A stretch of 33,368 nt of DNA from an uncultured Gammaproteobacteria bacterium (GTDB lineage: Bacteria; Patescibacteriota; Patescibacteriia; 2-12-FULL-60-25). The stretch lies in contig CAZIQG010000001.1 of assembly GCA_964541725.1 (NCBI GenBank), positions 1 to 33,368 of the forward strand, given 5' to 3'. Made by a program: the position numbers and the translations under genes. Below, in pieces: positions 18,128-26,881 of this stretch. Numbering within the stretch: position 1 is the first letter of the stretch; every line of letters begins with the position of its first letter. A model generated the notes under the pieces. It was not told the DNA's origin and did not search any database. It saw only the letters and a list, made by a program, of their open reading frames with translations.

Positions 18128-19288
18128 CTACGCGGCGAGTGCGACCTGACGGAAGTGCTTCTGGAGGCCTCTGACGCAGCCCGCGTATCGGGGGTGTCGT
18201 TCTTCGATGAGCTCGGTCCGATTCTTGTCCTTGTGGGGGAAGAAGTCACGTCCTGCGAGCGACCAGGGGACGTAGAGGCAGGCGTCGTCATCGCACGGCA
18301 TGAGGATGCCGTACTCGCCGATCTCTGCTTCCTGCACGTCACAGAGGATGAAGCGCTTGTGCACGAGGTCTTTCGCCTTCTCCTTCTTGGCACCCACGCG
18401 CTTGAAGAGCGCTTCGAGGTTCACGAGCCCGTGGATCGGATCTCGCAGTTCCTCTGCGCTCTTGCGAACGAGTCGACTCTCCTCGAGGAGCGTGCTTGCC
18501 GCACTCACCATCCAGCGCCGCTTGATCACTTTGATGCGGAGGTTGCGCGGGTTGTGGACGATCCGCCAGCCAAGACCGTTAGATGCGTCCCGCTTCAGGA
18601 GCTTGGCGCTACAGAAGCGTCCGATGGTCTGCAGAAGCTCCTTCTCATCCGCATCAAGCCCGAGGCGCAGCGCCTCAAGCCTGAGCGCGGGCGAGAGGGA
18701 TGGATCCCATCCGTCGATGGGCTGGTCGTCAGGCGTCTGTCCCACGAAGTAGGCCCACACCCGCTGTTCGGCCGGAGTCATGTACGCTCCCAGCCATCCA
18801 TGCTCCACCCGTCCACGCGCAGGAGGCTCACTAGCGGATCCGACCATGGGCCTCTCGTATGCTCTCGGTCGGGCACACGGGCGTTCGGGAAGCGGAGCCT
18901 GAACCGTTCCTTTCTGCTTGCTTCGCGTCCTTTTCTTCTTGGGAGATGACGCCTTTGCTTTGGGAGTGAACGGCTTCTTCGTCGACTCGAATTCGCTGGG
19001 ATCCTGCACGAGGATGTAGCCGCCCTCGTCACCTTTGACAACCCAGGACTTCATCGTTCGATAGAAGATGGTGCGCGCTTCATCTCCGTTGACGCGCTCC
19101 CAGGAGCGGCACACATCGTTATCGCGTCGAAGACGATCTGCGATCTCGAAGATCAGTTTTACCGGGTTCTCTGCCTTCAGCACGAGCCTTCCTCGTGCAT
19201 CTTCAGTGCCCAGCCTGTGAAGCTCGCGATAGATCGCGATCGCCCACCGGCGTCGAGCGTCTCCTCTTGTTTGTTCTCTTGTCCCCAC
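18128..19288 (-). CDS. hypothetical protein (orphan Z, 386 aa, Lys-rich linker)
   Basis: GTG at 19288 has AGGAGAGA 4 nt upstream and the codon pattern is consistent throughout. Two domains are separated by KKPFTPKAKASSPKKKRTRSKQKG. No domain recognised. The antisense ORF 18062-18949 is taken to be a GC-driven artefact. Confidence 0.6.
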   Translation of the reverse strand: MGTREQTRGDARRRWAIAIYRELHRLGTEDARGRLVLKAENPVKLIFEIADRLRRDNDVCRSWERVNGDEARTIFYRTMKSWVVKGDEGGYILVQDPSEFESTKKPFTPKAKASSPKKKRTRSKQKGTVQAPLPERPCARPRAYERPMVGSASEPPARGRVEHGWLGAYMTPAEQRVWAYFVGQTPDDQPIDGWDPSLSPALRLEALRLGLDADEKELLQTIGRFCSAKLLKRDASNGLGWRIVHNPRNLRIKVIKRRWMVSAASTLLEESRLVRKSAEELRDPIHGLVNLEALFKRVGAKKEKAKDLVHKRFILCDVQEAEIGEYGILMPCDDDACLYVPWSLAGRDFFPHKDKNRTELIEERHPRYAGCVRGLQKHFRQVALAA

Positions 19289-19342
19289 GGGTCTCTCCTG
19301 ATGATGGTGGGTTGTGAGTTGCTGACAGAAAGTCAGCCCTTG

Positions 19343-19371
19343 TTCTTAGCGAAAAAATGGAGGTATGTCAA
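19343..19371 (-). promoter_or_regulatory. candidate promoter of orphan Z
   Basis: On the minus strand: TTGACA (19371-19366), 17-nt spacer, TAAGAA (19348-19343). It lies back to back with the tRNA promoter -35 box (TGTCAA-N8-TTGACA). Confidence 0.3.
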
Positions 19372-19379
19372 CCCTATAC

Positions 19380-19408
19380 TTGACAAAATCCAAGAAAACA
19401 AGTTGAAT
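19380..19408 (+). promoter_or_regulatory. candidate promoter of the tandem tRNA genes
   Basis: TTGACA (19380-19385), 17-nt spacer, TTGAAT (19403-19408). The predicted start is 2-3 nt before the tRNA 5' end at 19418. Confidence 0.45.
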
Positions 19409-19417
19409 TGACGCTTC

Positions 19418-19489
19418 GGGTCGGTAGTGCCAAAGGGAGAACCCAGGTGTGCAACGCCTGAAATACGGGTTCGAATCCCGTCCGATCCA
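19418..19489 (+). tRNA. tRNA with anticodon GCA (Cys by anticodon) but an Ala-type acceptor (G3:U70, A73); no CCA encoded
   Basis: Acceptor GGGTCGG/CCGATCC, anticodon stem CAGGT/GCCTG with loop GTGCAAC, T arm ACGGG-TTCGAAT-CCCGT. The D stem GTGC/GAAC has one mismatch and position 14 is C. Confidence 0.6.
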
Positions 19490-19515
19490 CCCAGATCCTT
19501 AATGTGCGAAGCAAA

Positions 19516-19587
19516 GGGGCCGTAGTTGTAATGGGAGAGTTCTGGGCTAATGACCCGGCGATGCGGGTTCGATCCCCGTCGGCTCCA
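19516..19587 (+). tRNA. tRNA-like gene with anticodon AAT and an Ala-type acceptor (GGGGC..., G3:U70, A73); possibly degenerate
   Basis: Acceptor GGGGCCG/CGGCTCC, anticodon stem CTGGG/CCCGG with loop CTAATGA, T arm GCGGG-TTCGATC-CCCGT. The D stem GTTG/GAGT is weak (two wobbles and one mismatch). Confidence 0.45.
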
Positions 19588-19620
19588 CAGATGTCAAAAC
19601 AGCCCTTTCTTCTCTTCCCG

Positions 19621-19653
19621 GACGGACTCCTCAAAGGTCCGTCTTATCTTTTT
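19621..19653 (+). terminator. intrinsic terminator after the tRNA pair
   Basis: GACGGAC / 9-nt loop / GTCCGTC, followed by TTATCTTTTT. Confidence 0.55.
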
Positions 19654-19749
19654 CCCTAATCTTAGCGAGCTTTCCCTCTTTGGTAGGTAAGTGTTCGCCT
19701 TTGGCCTTTCTGACGCCTAATCCCTGACGCCTGACGCCGATCCCTGCCC

Positions 19750-19778
19750 TTGACGTTTCCCCTAAACATCGCTATCCT
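19750..19778 (+). promoter_or_regulatory. candidate rplS promoter
   Basis: TTGACG (19750-19755), 17-nt spacer, TATCCT (19773-19778). The ATG at 19794 implies a leader of about 9 nt without an SD. Confidence 0.4.
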
Positions 19779-19793
19779 TAGCCCATCATTTCT

Positions 19794-20156
19794 ATGGCCG
19801 ACGCATTAAAGCTCCCAGCCGCTATCCAGCCTGGGCAGGTAGAAACGGGCATGACCGTCCGTATTCACCAGAAAATCAAAGATCTCAACGCCAAAGGCGA
19901 GGAACGCGAACGTATCCAGGTCTTTGAAGGCTTGGTTATGAAGGTTGGCGGCAATGGCGTCAGCAAAACCATGACCATCCGCAAAGTGACGGATGGCATT
20001 GGTGTGGAACGTATCTATCCATTAGCTTCGCCAATCATCTCAAAGATTGAATTGGTAAAAATGGTGAAGGTTCGCCGTAACAACATTTCCTTCGTGCGCG
20101 ATAGCAAGAAGCGCATGAAAGAAGTCAAAAACATCACCCTTCGCGCCACCGCCTAA
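19794..20156 (+). CDS. rplS: 50S ribosomal protein L19
   Basis: 120 aa containing [25 protein letters not shown] and [17 protein letters not shown], which are typical of bL19. Confidence 0.92.
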   Translation: MADALKLPAAIQPGQVETGMTVRIHQKIKDLNAKGEERERIQVFEGLVMKVGGNGVSKTMTIRKVTDGIGVERIYPLASPIISKIELVKMVKVRRNNISFVRDSKKRMKEVKNITLRATA

Positions 20157-20160
20157 CAAG

Positions 20161-20196
20161 AAAAAAACACCCACGCTAGATCGTGGGTGTTTTTTT
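20161..20196. terminator. bidirectional terminator (rplS / flippase)
   Basis: AAAAAAACACCCACG / loop CTAGAT / CGTGGGTGTTTTTTT. It overlaps the last codons of the minus-strand gene. Confidence 0.65.
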
Positions 20197-21612
20197 CATT
20201 AATTGGAGGATGAGTTCCTTGGGGACAGCCTTAAGAGCCACGAGCAGAGCTCCGTACACAGCTGCCCCTAGGAGGATCAGTACTAAAAGAGGAACCGAGG
20301 GTAATGCCATGAGTACGACCGCCATGATCCCCGCACTCACCCAAGCAACCACCACGGAACGGAGATGGAGTCCCATCGGAATGGAGCGGGCAGCCACGAT
20401 ATAAGAGCCTGCCGTCACGAATACTTCAGAAGCGACGGTTAGCCAAGCCGCTGCCCACATGCCGTAGCGGGGAATAAGGAAGAGGTATCCTGCGCCAATT
20501 CCCAGCGCTGTCGCGATATAGATAGGGAGCATCTGTCGTTGTGCTTGGATCGCCACCACCACATGAGCATAGATGACGTTCATAAAGATGATACCTGTCG
20601 CCACAATCAATACGCGTAAAATTCCCGCTGACGCCGCAAAGTCTGGTCCAGCAACCAGTAACATAATCCGATCCGCGAGGACGAGCGTACCCATCACCAT
20701 TGGCGCGATCAAGAACATGAGCGCACTCGCACTTTCTTTGGTTAAAAACGTCAGGCGCGCCTTGTCTCCCTTGCCCCACGCTTCAGAAAAGAGGGGGAGC
20801 ATGAGGCCCGCCAGCATAAAGGGAATCGTGATCAAAATCTCAAGGACACGGTACGCGGCGCTATAGATCCCGACTTCTGCCTGCGAGCGCGTGAAGGAGA
20901 GTACGAGGGTGTCACCTTTATAGTAAAGGAGATTAAAGAAAATCGAGACTCCAATCGGCCAAGAGCGCATCAAGGTCGTTTTCCAAAACGCGAGATCCCA
21001 ATTCCAACGAAATAACCCGCGTGGACGCGTCAGCCATATATTGAAGAAAAAGTTCGCTGCGCTGCCTAAAGATACGAACCACATGATCGGAATCAACCCC
21101 CATCCCGACGCGCGCGCAATAAAGATACCTGCTAAGAGGATAATCCGTCCTAATACTTCGCCGACCGCTCCGATTTGCGTCTGCAAATGTCGCTGCTGCA
21201 CACCGGTGATTAATTGCGTGAGTCCCGGAAAGAGCAGTGAGCCCGTGAGCGCCATAATCGCGAGCTTGATTTCAAGCGGATACGGAGACAGCCAGCCCAG
21301 CAGGGGAGCAAGAATCGTCAAACAGCCTGCGGAAACTAATCGAAACGTAAAGAGGGCCGATACACATCGTCGCTCATAAACAGGGTCATCCGCATGTTCT
21401 CCAAGCAAGGCAACAAACGTCACGTTAATGCCAAGATCCAAGAAGAGGGTAAAGATCTGTAAAAAGGCATTGGCTGTTGAATACGCGCCAAACCCATCTT
21501 GGCCTAAGTAACGTGTGAGAAGTCCAACGATAATAACCCCAATCGCCGTCGAGGCAACTTTCCCCACGAGTTGCGCCGCCGTATTAAACGCCAACCGACG
21601 AAAGAGAGACAT
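20176..21612 (-). CDS. polysaccharide/lipid-linked oligosaccharide flippase (MOP superfamily, Wzx/MurJ-like)
   Basis: A 478-aa polytopic membrane protein with about 14 hydrophobic segments. The N-terminus (FNTAAQLVGKVASTAIGVIIVGLLTRYLGQDGFGAY) is typical of Wzx-type polysaccharide biosynthesis proteins. Confidence 0.6.
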   Translation of the reverse strand: MSLFRRLAFNTAAQLVGKVASTAIGVIIVGLLTRYLGQDGFGAYSTANAFLQIFTLFLDLGINVTFVALLGEHADDPVYERRCVSALFTFRLVSAGCLTILAPLLGWLSPYPLEIKLAIMALTGSLLFPGLTQLITGVQQRHLQTQIGAVGEVLGRIILLAGIFIARASGWGLIPIMWFVSLGSAANFFFNIWLTRPRGLFRWNWDLAFWKTTLMRSWPIGVSIFFNLLYYKGDTLVLSFTRSQAEVGIYSAAYRVLEILITIPFMLAGLMLPLFSEAWGKGDKARLTFLTKESASALMFLIAPMVMGTLVLADRIMLLVAGPDFAASAGILRVLIVATGIIFMNVIYAHVVVAIQAQRQMLPIYIATALGIGAGYLFLIPRYGMWAAAWLTVASEVFVTAGSYIVAARSIPMGLHLRSVVVAWVSAGIMAVVLMALPSVPLLVLILLGAAVYGALLVALKAVPKELILQLMKKTPTI

Positions 21613-21694
21613 GTGCCAAGTGTACGTGAGAGCAGACCGTCTTACAACCGGTTCCCATTGATTTTTTCGCGCAAAAGTGCTATTCTGTCTTCAT

Positions 21695-22111
21695 ATGCCA
21701 GATGGAAATATACGCTCAGAAGCTTCTGCTTCTAAAGAAAAAGAGGTCGTGACAGAAAAAGAGGTCGTGACCAGCGAACAGGGTTACGAAGTAAAAAAGG
21801 AGCTTCTTGAATTTTGTCACAAGGCCGAGATAGCTTTAAATGAAATTTTGAAATTGGATAAAGACGCCGCAGCTTTAGCAGTAGAAAAATTCAAACAAGA
21901 CTACGCTCTTCCTTTACGCATGACGGTACGGGCTATTAACGATCATCGCATACCGCAGGGAGAATTTTTATCCATGACGCACGCGCAAGCGGGATCACTG
22001 AGTTACTTTATTGAACGTCGTACAAGGGAATTTAGTAAGAGTGATAGCGCAGAAATTACGATCGCTCTCAATCATGTTGTCGGAAGACTCCATGAAATAG
22101 GCGCGATGTAA
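21695..22111 (+). CDS. hypothetical protein
   Basis: Starts at ATG 21695 (the ORF is open from GTG 21677). It contains an 18-nt tandem duplication (21737-21772) encoding EKEVVT twice. No motif recognised. Confidence 0.5.
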   Translation: MPDGNIRSEASASKEKEVVTEKEVVTSEQGYEVKKELLEFCHKAEIALNEILKLDKDAAALAVEKFKQDYALPLRMTVRAINDHRIPQGEFLSMTHAQAGSLSYFIERRTREFSKSDSAEITIALNHVVGRLHEIGAM

Positions 22112-22132
22112 AAAGAGAACAAAGAAAAAGTA

Positions 22133-22159
22133 GAGCCACGTAACAAACGTGGCTCGTTT
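22133..22159 (+). terminator. intrinsic terminator
   Basis: GAGCCACG / loop TAACAAA / CGTGGCTC, followed by GTTTC. Confidence 0.55.
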
Positions 22160-22177
22160 CATGTATACTTAAATAAG

Positions 22178-24667
22178 ATGGATCTTCCTTCCTTTTTAAC
22201 GATCATTCATAAGCAGCGTACCGCCTGGACACAGGTGTGTATTCGCATAATATATGTCGCCCTTTTCTTTTCTTTAACCTTTGGCGGTTCTGTTTCTATT
22301 TTAAACGCCGCTACGATTCCGAATACTGCGTATCAAGCTGCTCTTCTCTCTGTCTCTGCGCCCAGCAAGCTTGCTCCTGGCGAAATCGCCCAGGCTCGTC
22401 TTGAGTTTAAAAACACAGGCTCTACCCCCTGGTTAAAATCTAGTAAAAATTTTGTCTCCCTATATCGTTGGGATCCTGTGAGGAAAGTAGAGCTCGCGAG
22501 CCAATTCATCGCGCCTACCTGGGAGACTCCAACGCGTCCCGTTCGTATCCCCGTCGATCGTGTTGAGGTAGGTCAGACCGTAGGGATGAATGTATTACTC
22601 AAAGCCCCTCTTACGCCTGGTTCTTACACCGAAACCTTTATCCTCACCGCCGAAGACGCCGCCTGGATGAAATACGGCCAAGCCACCTTTAAAATAAACG
22701 TCGTCGCCTCCGCCTCTCCTACCGCTCTCACGCTTCCCACCAGCACCCCCGTCATCTCGTCATCCTCGCCTTCTCTATCTCAGACCTCGGACCTCAAATC
22801 TCTGACCGCATCAAGCGGTTGGTCCGCGGAGCTCGTGGAAAAATCTGGTTCAGAATGGCAGCTTAATCCCGAAGAAACAGTCAATGTAACCTTGAAATTC
22901 CTTAACAATGGAACGACGGTCTGGACGCGCGACAGTCTTAATTTCGTCTCTCTGTACGCCACGGATGGTTCTAAAGAACGAAGTAGTCTATTTAAAACCA
23001 CGACCTGGAACGGAAATGCCGCGGCGCGCCTTAAAGAACCGCAAGTCCGCCCCGGGCAGACTGGAACCATGACGTTTCAAATCAAAGCTCCCGCTACGGC
23101 CGGAACATATAAAGAAACATTCACCCTCGCTGCCGAAAATACGGCCTTCATCTCCGGCGGCTCTGTTACGCTGCCCATCCGTGTCATTCCGAGCGCCACC
23201 TTAGAATTTGTCGAAACACCCTTACCAACTCCAGACGCAAATCCCCTTACCCCTACCACACCTTCTGTTCCAAGTGGCCCGCCACGTACCGCCTTACTCT
23301 TGTTACGTTCCGTGCAATCCATGACGCTTTTGGGAAATGGCCGCCAAGAAATCCAAGTAGGTTTTAAAAACACCGGCCAAACAACCTGGAATTCGCGTTC
23401 CATGCGCTTTAAGTCCCTCAATCCTGCCAGCAATGAACGTTGGGCCTCCTTACGCGACGAATCTTGGTACAACACCAGTGAGCCCGTACGTATTGCAGGA
23501 GATGTAAAACCCGGAGAGATCGGCTTTCTTACCTTTAAAGTCAAAGCTCCCGCGAAACGCGGAACCTATAAAGCGACCTTCACCCTCCACGCCGACGGCC
23601 AACCTGTCACCGGCGGAGACATTGAAATTCCCATCACCGTCACGACAGATGGATACATCGAGCCTGAGCCTGTCCTTCCGCCTGCGCCCGCCTCCACCAA
23701 TCCTCAACCAAACACGCCAACCCCTGCACCGCTCATCACCTTCCCGGCCATTAATCCTGTTCCACTCACGGGAGATGTTTCTACGCTCCCAAATGAGCCC
23801 CGCATTCGCGTCGGGATCTTTCGCACCACCGATGACCAAATGGTAGTGCGTTCCATTCAAGTTCCTGTCATCGTGTCACAAAATGGAACAACGATTTGTC
23901 GCTTGAATCCAGGAGAATCCGCGACTGCACAATTTGATCGCATCAACAAAGTATACAAGCTTTCAGGCGGATCTTGCACAGGTCAATCATCGGGTTTATA
24001 CGTCTTTCGCGCCGAAGATGGGATTGCTCCCTTGGAGATCGCCGACTTCTCGCGCCCCGTGAGCGGCACGCCCGGCGGGAATGACAATTCCTTCCGTTCA
24101 CAGCTTGAGCTCCGCTATACACCCGCCACAGATGGTGTCTGGGTGATAAACGAATTGCCGATTGAATGGTACCTAAAGGGTATTGCCGAAACCTCCAACA
24201 TCAGTCCGCAAGAATTTCAGCGCACCTTGCTTGTCACGGCGCGTACCTACGCCACCTACCACGTACAGCGTGGGACAAAGCATGCCGATGAGTTCTATAC
24301 AGTCGATGCAAAGTACGATCAAGTCTACCGTGGCTATGGCGCCGAACGTCGCAACCCAAATGTCGTAGCCGCGATTGATGCGACCCGTGGACAGATCGTC
24401 ACCTATCAAGGTAAATTGGCCATAACCCCGTACTTCTCTCGTTCCGATGGTCGTACACGCGGCTGGGGAGAGGTTTGGTATGGTGCCTCAAACTATCCAT
24501 GGCTCGTGAGTGTGCCTGTTCCACAAGATCAAGGCAAGACCTTATGGGGACACGGCGTCGGCATGTCCGCCTCGGGTGCTCTTGCGATGGCCAACGAAGG
24601 CAAGCGCTATGACCAAATTCTTACGTATTTCTATCAAGGAACAGAAATAAGAAAGGCGTATAAATAA
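22178..24667 (+). CDS. SpoIID/LytB-domain protein with three N-terminal Ig-like repeats
   Basis: The C-terminus carries SpoIID hallmarks (LLVTARTYATYH, DQVYRGYG, TPYFSRSDGRTRGWGEVW, GHGVGMSASGALAMANEG). Three repeats of about 110 aa end in GSYTETFIL, GTYKETFTL and GTYKATFTL. There is an N-terminal TM/signal segment. Confidence 0.8.
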   Translation: MDLPSFLTIIHKQRTAWTQVCIRIIYVALFFSLTFGGSVSILNAATIPNTAYQAALLSVSAPSKLAPGEIAQARLEFKNTGSTPWLKSSKNFVSLYRWDPVRKVELASQFIAPTWETPTRPVRIPVDRVEVGQTVGMNVLLKAPLTPGSYTETFILTAEDAAWMKYGQATFKINVVASASPTALTLPTSTPVISSSSPSLSQTSDLKSLTASSGWSAELVEKSGSEWQLNPEETVNVTLKFLNNGTTVWTRDSLNFVSLYATDGSKERSSLFKTTTWNGNAAARLKEPQVRPGQTGTMTFQIKAPATAGTYKETFTLAAENTAFISGGSVTLPIRVIPSATLEFVETPLPTPDANPLTPTTPSVPSGPPRTALLLLRSVQSMTLLGNGRQEIQVGFKNTGQTTWNSRSMRFKSLNPASNERWASLRDESWYNTSEPVRIAGDVKPGEIGFLTFKVKAPAKRGTYKATFTLHADGQPVTGGDIEIPITVTTDGYIEPEPVLPPAPASTNPQPNTPTPAPLITFPAINPVPLTGDVSTLPNEPRIRVGIFRTTDDQMVVRSIQVPVIVSQNGTTICRLNPGESATAQFDRINKVYKLSGGSCTGQSSGLYVFRAEDGIAPLEIADFSRPVSGTPGGNDNSFRSQLELRYTPATDGVWVINELPIEWYLKGIAETSNISPQEFQRTLLVTARTYATYHVQRGTKHADEFYTVDAKYDQVYRGYGAERRNPNVVAAIDATRGQIVTYQGKLAITPYFSRSDGRTRGWGEVWYGASNYPWLVSVPVPQDQGKTLWGHGVGMSASGALAMANEGKRYDQILTYFYQGTEIRKAYK

Positions 24668-24675
24668 ATTTTTAT

Positions 24676-25143
24676 ATGGAAAAATTCGAACAAAAGGAAG
24701 AGGTTCCACAAATAAATGATTATTCGGGCCTATCAGATGATTACGTGAGTGAGCACGCGGGTTTTCCGCTCACCTATGACGTGGCCACGAATCGAAACGC
24801 GCTCGATTGGCTTGTAGAAGATTTAGCAAGTACGGGAAAAGATTCATTTGCCACGCGGGGGTATCTTGTCAGAAAATATGCAGAAAAATTCAATCCCGCA
24901 ACATACAGGGATGTTATAAACGAAAAAAATAAAGCCTCGGTGGAAAAGCTTGACGCAGAAGTGGATAAAATCCAACTATTTTTTGCACAGCATGTTCGCC
25001 CACTCTTACCTGCCTGTAAAAAGGGATCGCTTACCCCAGAGGAGAAAAGCATTGTACGGGAACTTGCCTCTCTGCTCGTATCATTTTCAAAAACCACCAC
25101 ACGAGTCATCCAAGGAACCGAGAAGCGAGCACATCAGTCATAA
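24676..25143 (+). CDS. hypothetical protein
   Basis: A 155-aa ORF lying 8 nt after the SpoIID-domain gene. The antisense ORF is shorter. No motif recognised. Confidence 0.5.
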   Translation: MEKFEQKEEVPQINDYSGLSDDYVSEHAGFPLTYDVATNRNALDWLVEDLASTGKDSFATRGYLVRKYAEKFNPATYRDVINEKNKASVEKLDAEVDKIQLFFAQHVRPLLPACKKGSLTPEEKSIVRELASLLVSFSKTTTRVIQGTEKRAHQS

Positions 25144-25176
25144 AACTAAATACCGCCCTGGAGGCGGTATTTAGTT
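25144..25176. terminator. bidirectional hairpin terminator
   Basis: AACTAAATACCGCC / loop CTGGA / GGCGGTATTTAGTT, lying between convergent genes. Confidence 0.65.
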
Positions 25177-25792
25177 AGCTAATCACTTTATCAATCAGTC
25201 CGTACTTAAGCGCTTCATTCGCACTCATAAAGTTATCGCGCTCCGTATCATTCTCGATGGTTTTGAATGGCTGGCCCGTATGTTTCGCCAGAATCTTGTT
25301 GAGTTGATCCTTTGTTTTAAGAATCCGCTCCGCATGGATTTTAATATCCGTCGCCTGGCCCTGCATGCCACCCAGCACTTGATGGATCATGACTTCCGAG
25401 TTTGGTAAGGAGAGACGTTTGCCCTTGGCACCACCTGCGAGCAAGACGGCACCCATAGACGCCGCCATCCCAATACAAATCGTTGAAACATCTGGCTTCA
25501 CATATTGCATCGCGTCATAAATCGCGAGCCCCGCCGTCACCGATCCACCTGGGGAGTTGATATAGAGCTTGATGTCCTGCGTTTTATCCTGGCTCTCAAG
25601 AAAGAGAAGCTGTGCCACCACCACATTCGAGATCTCGTCATTAATCTCCGAACCAAGCATGATGATACGATCCTTCAAAAGACGCGAATAAATATCGTAC
25701 GCGCGTTCGCCCATGTGTGTTTTTTCAATAACCGTAGGAATCAACCAATTTTTCATGGACTCGATATTAGAAAGGGTGTAGGGGTTAGGCAT
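25175..25792 (-). CDS. clpP: ATP-dependent Clp protease proteolytic subunit
   Basis: [29 protein letters not shown] (active-site Ser) and VMIHQVLGG (His). An alternative start is the Met of MKNWLIPTV. Confidence 0.93.
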   Translation of the reverse strand: MPNPYTLSNIESMKNWLIPTVIEKTHMGERAYDIYSRLLKDRIIMLGSEINDEISNVVVAQLLFLESQDKTQDIKLYINSPGGSVTAGLAIYDAMQYVKPDVSTICIGMAASMGAVLLAGGAKGKRLSLPNSEVMIHQVLGGMQGQATDIKIHAERILKTKDQLNKILAKHTGQPFKTIENDTERDNFMSANEALKYGLIDKVIS

Positions 25793-25902
25793 ATTAGGTA
25801 GGAGAGTAGAGGAGTAGTGAAGTAGGAAAGTAGCTTAAAGCCAGATAACGACTGAAACAAAAGCGTACTACGATCTAATTTAGCAGTCAAATGATGAGAG
25901 TG

Positions 25903-26877
25903 CTAGTTCACAATCGAAGGTTTACCCTCCGTATCAACTAGAATTCTTCCGGCCACGGTAAAACCTGCAGCTTTTTTATGGCCACCGCCTCCTAGGAGTT
26001 TTGCTAATTTAGAAATATCTCTTTTTACACTTCGTAGTGACCCCTTAATCATGCGTTGAGGCATCTCGCGTAATACCAGCATCGCATCCGAATTTCCACA
26101 GGTCGCGTTTAAAAAGTTGGAGAGGCCTTCCATCGCTTCCTCGTCCGCATCCGGGACACTCTTGAGATCTTCCTGAAGAAAGTATGTCGAGGTTAAATTG
26201 AGTTCTTCGTTATAGTGTAGCCGCGACAAGGCCAACCCCCATAATTTGAGCGTTGGCATGGATTTATTTTGTACCAACTGCCGCAAGATTTCTGGCTGAC
26301 GAGCTCCTAGCGCGCATAAATGCCCCGCCGCTTCCATGCCTGGTGCCGTCGTCCCCGCATTCGAGAAGCACGACGTATCTGTCAAAATTCCTGTCAAAAG
26401 AGAGGTCGCCATCTTTGAATCTATCTCAATGCCCAGCATCGCAAAAAACTGGTACACCAATTCCGCCGTCGAACAGGCATCCGTCCAAATCGCATTCAGA
26501 TGTCCGTAGCGGGTATTCGTCGCATGATGGTCAATCACAACGAGCCGGTAGGCAACAGGGAGCTGAGGGAGAAGGTTCTCGATCCCCGCATGGCGCACAT
26601 CGCTCGCATCAAAGGTAATCACCAAATCAAACGCTTGTTTAAAAATACCAGGATCACTCGTCAGATCATGCGCTCCATCTAGATAGCGAAGAGTGCTAGG
26701 AATAGGATTCGCGCAGAAAATTTCAACCGGTTTCCCTTCTCGTTTCAACCATGTATAAATGGCCGTCGAAGATCCGATCGAATCCCCATCCGGTTTCCCA
26801 TCCGCCACAAGCAAAACCCGCTCAGCCGCCTGGATGAGTCCAGCAATTTTGCCAAAGGTGACGAGTTTAGGATCCAT
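25903..26877 (-). CDS. nrnA: DHH/DHHA1-family phosphoesterase (NrnA-like oligoribonuclease/pAp phosphatase)
   Basis: The DGDSIGS, VIDHHATN (DHH) and GGGGHKKAAG (DHHA1 GGGH) motifs occur in the canonical order. Confidence 0.8.
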   Translation of the reverse strand: MDPKLVTFGKIAGLIQAAERVLLVADGKPDGDSIGSSTAIYTWLKREGKPVEIFCANPIPSTLRYLDGAHDLTSDPGIFKQAFDLVITFDASDVRHAGIENLLPQLPVAYRLVVIDHHATNTRYGHLNAIWTDACSTAELVYQFFAMLGIEIDSKMATSLLTGILTDTSCFSNAGTTAPGMEAAGHLCALGARQPEILRQLVQNKSMPTLKLWGLALSRLHYNEELNLTSTYFLQEDLKSVPDADEEAMEGLSNFLNATCGNSDAMLVLREMPQRMIKGSLRSVKRDISKLAKLLGGGGHKKAAGFTVAGRILVDTEGKPSIVN

Positions 26878-26881
26878 AACA

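Noticed and set aside
18062-18949. 295-aa plus-strand ORF (likewise 2982-3647 +, 30214-30630 -, 12454-12892 -)
   Set aside because: These are long antisense frames expected in GC-rich coding DNA. In each case the opposite strand has the start context, the longer frame and protein-like sequence.
19516-19587. tmRNA (which also has G3:U70) or a two-piece tmRNA
   Set aside because: Both loci are complete 72-nt cloverleaves with anticodon arms. There is no UUCGAC-type tmRNA 5' motif, tag reading frame or pseudoknot region.
19374-19634. 86-aa minus-strand ORF
   Set aside because: It is antisense to the two tRNA genes and their terminator.
21737-21772. 18-nt perfect tandem duplication (GAAAAAGAGGTCGTGAC twice)
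   Set aside because: It is a simple in-frame duplication (EKEVVT twice) in a low-complexity N-terminus, most likely from replication slippage, with no further structure.
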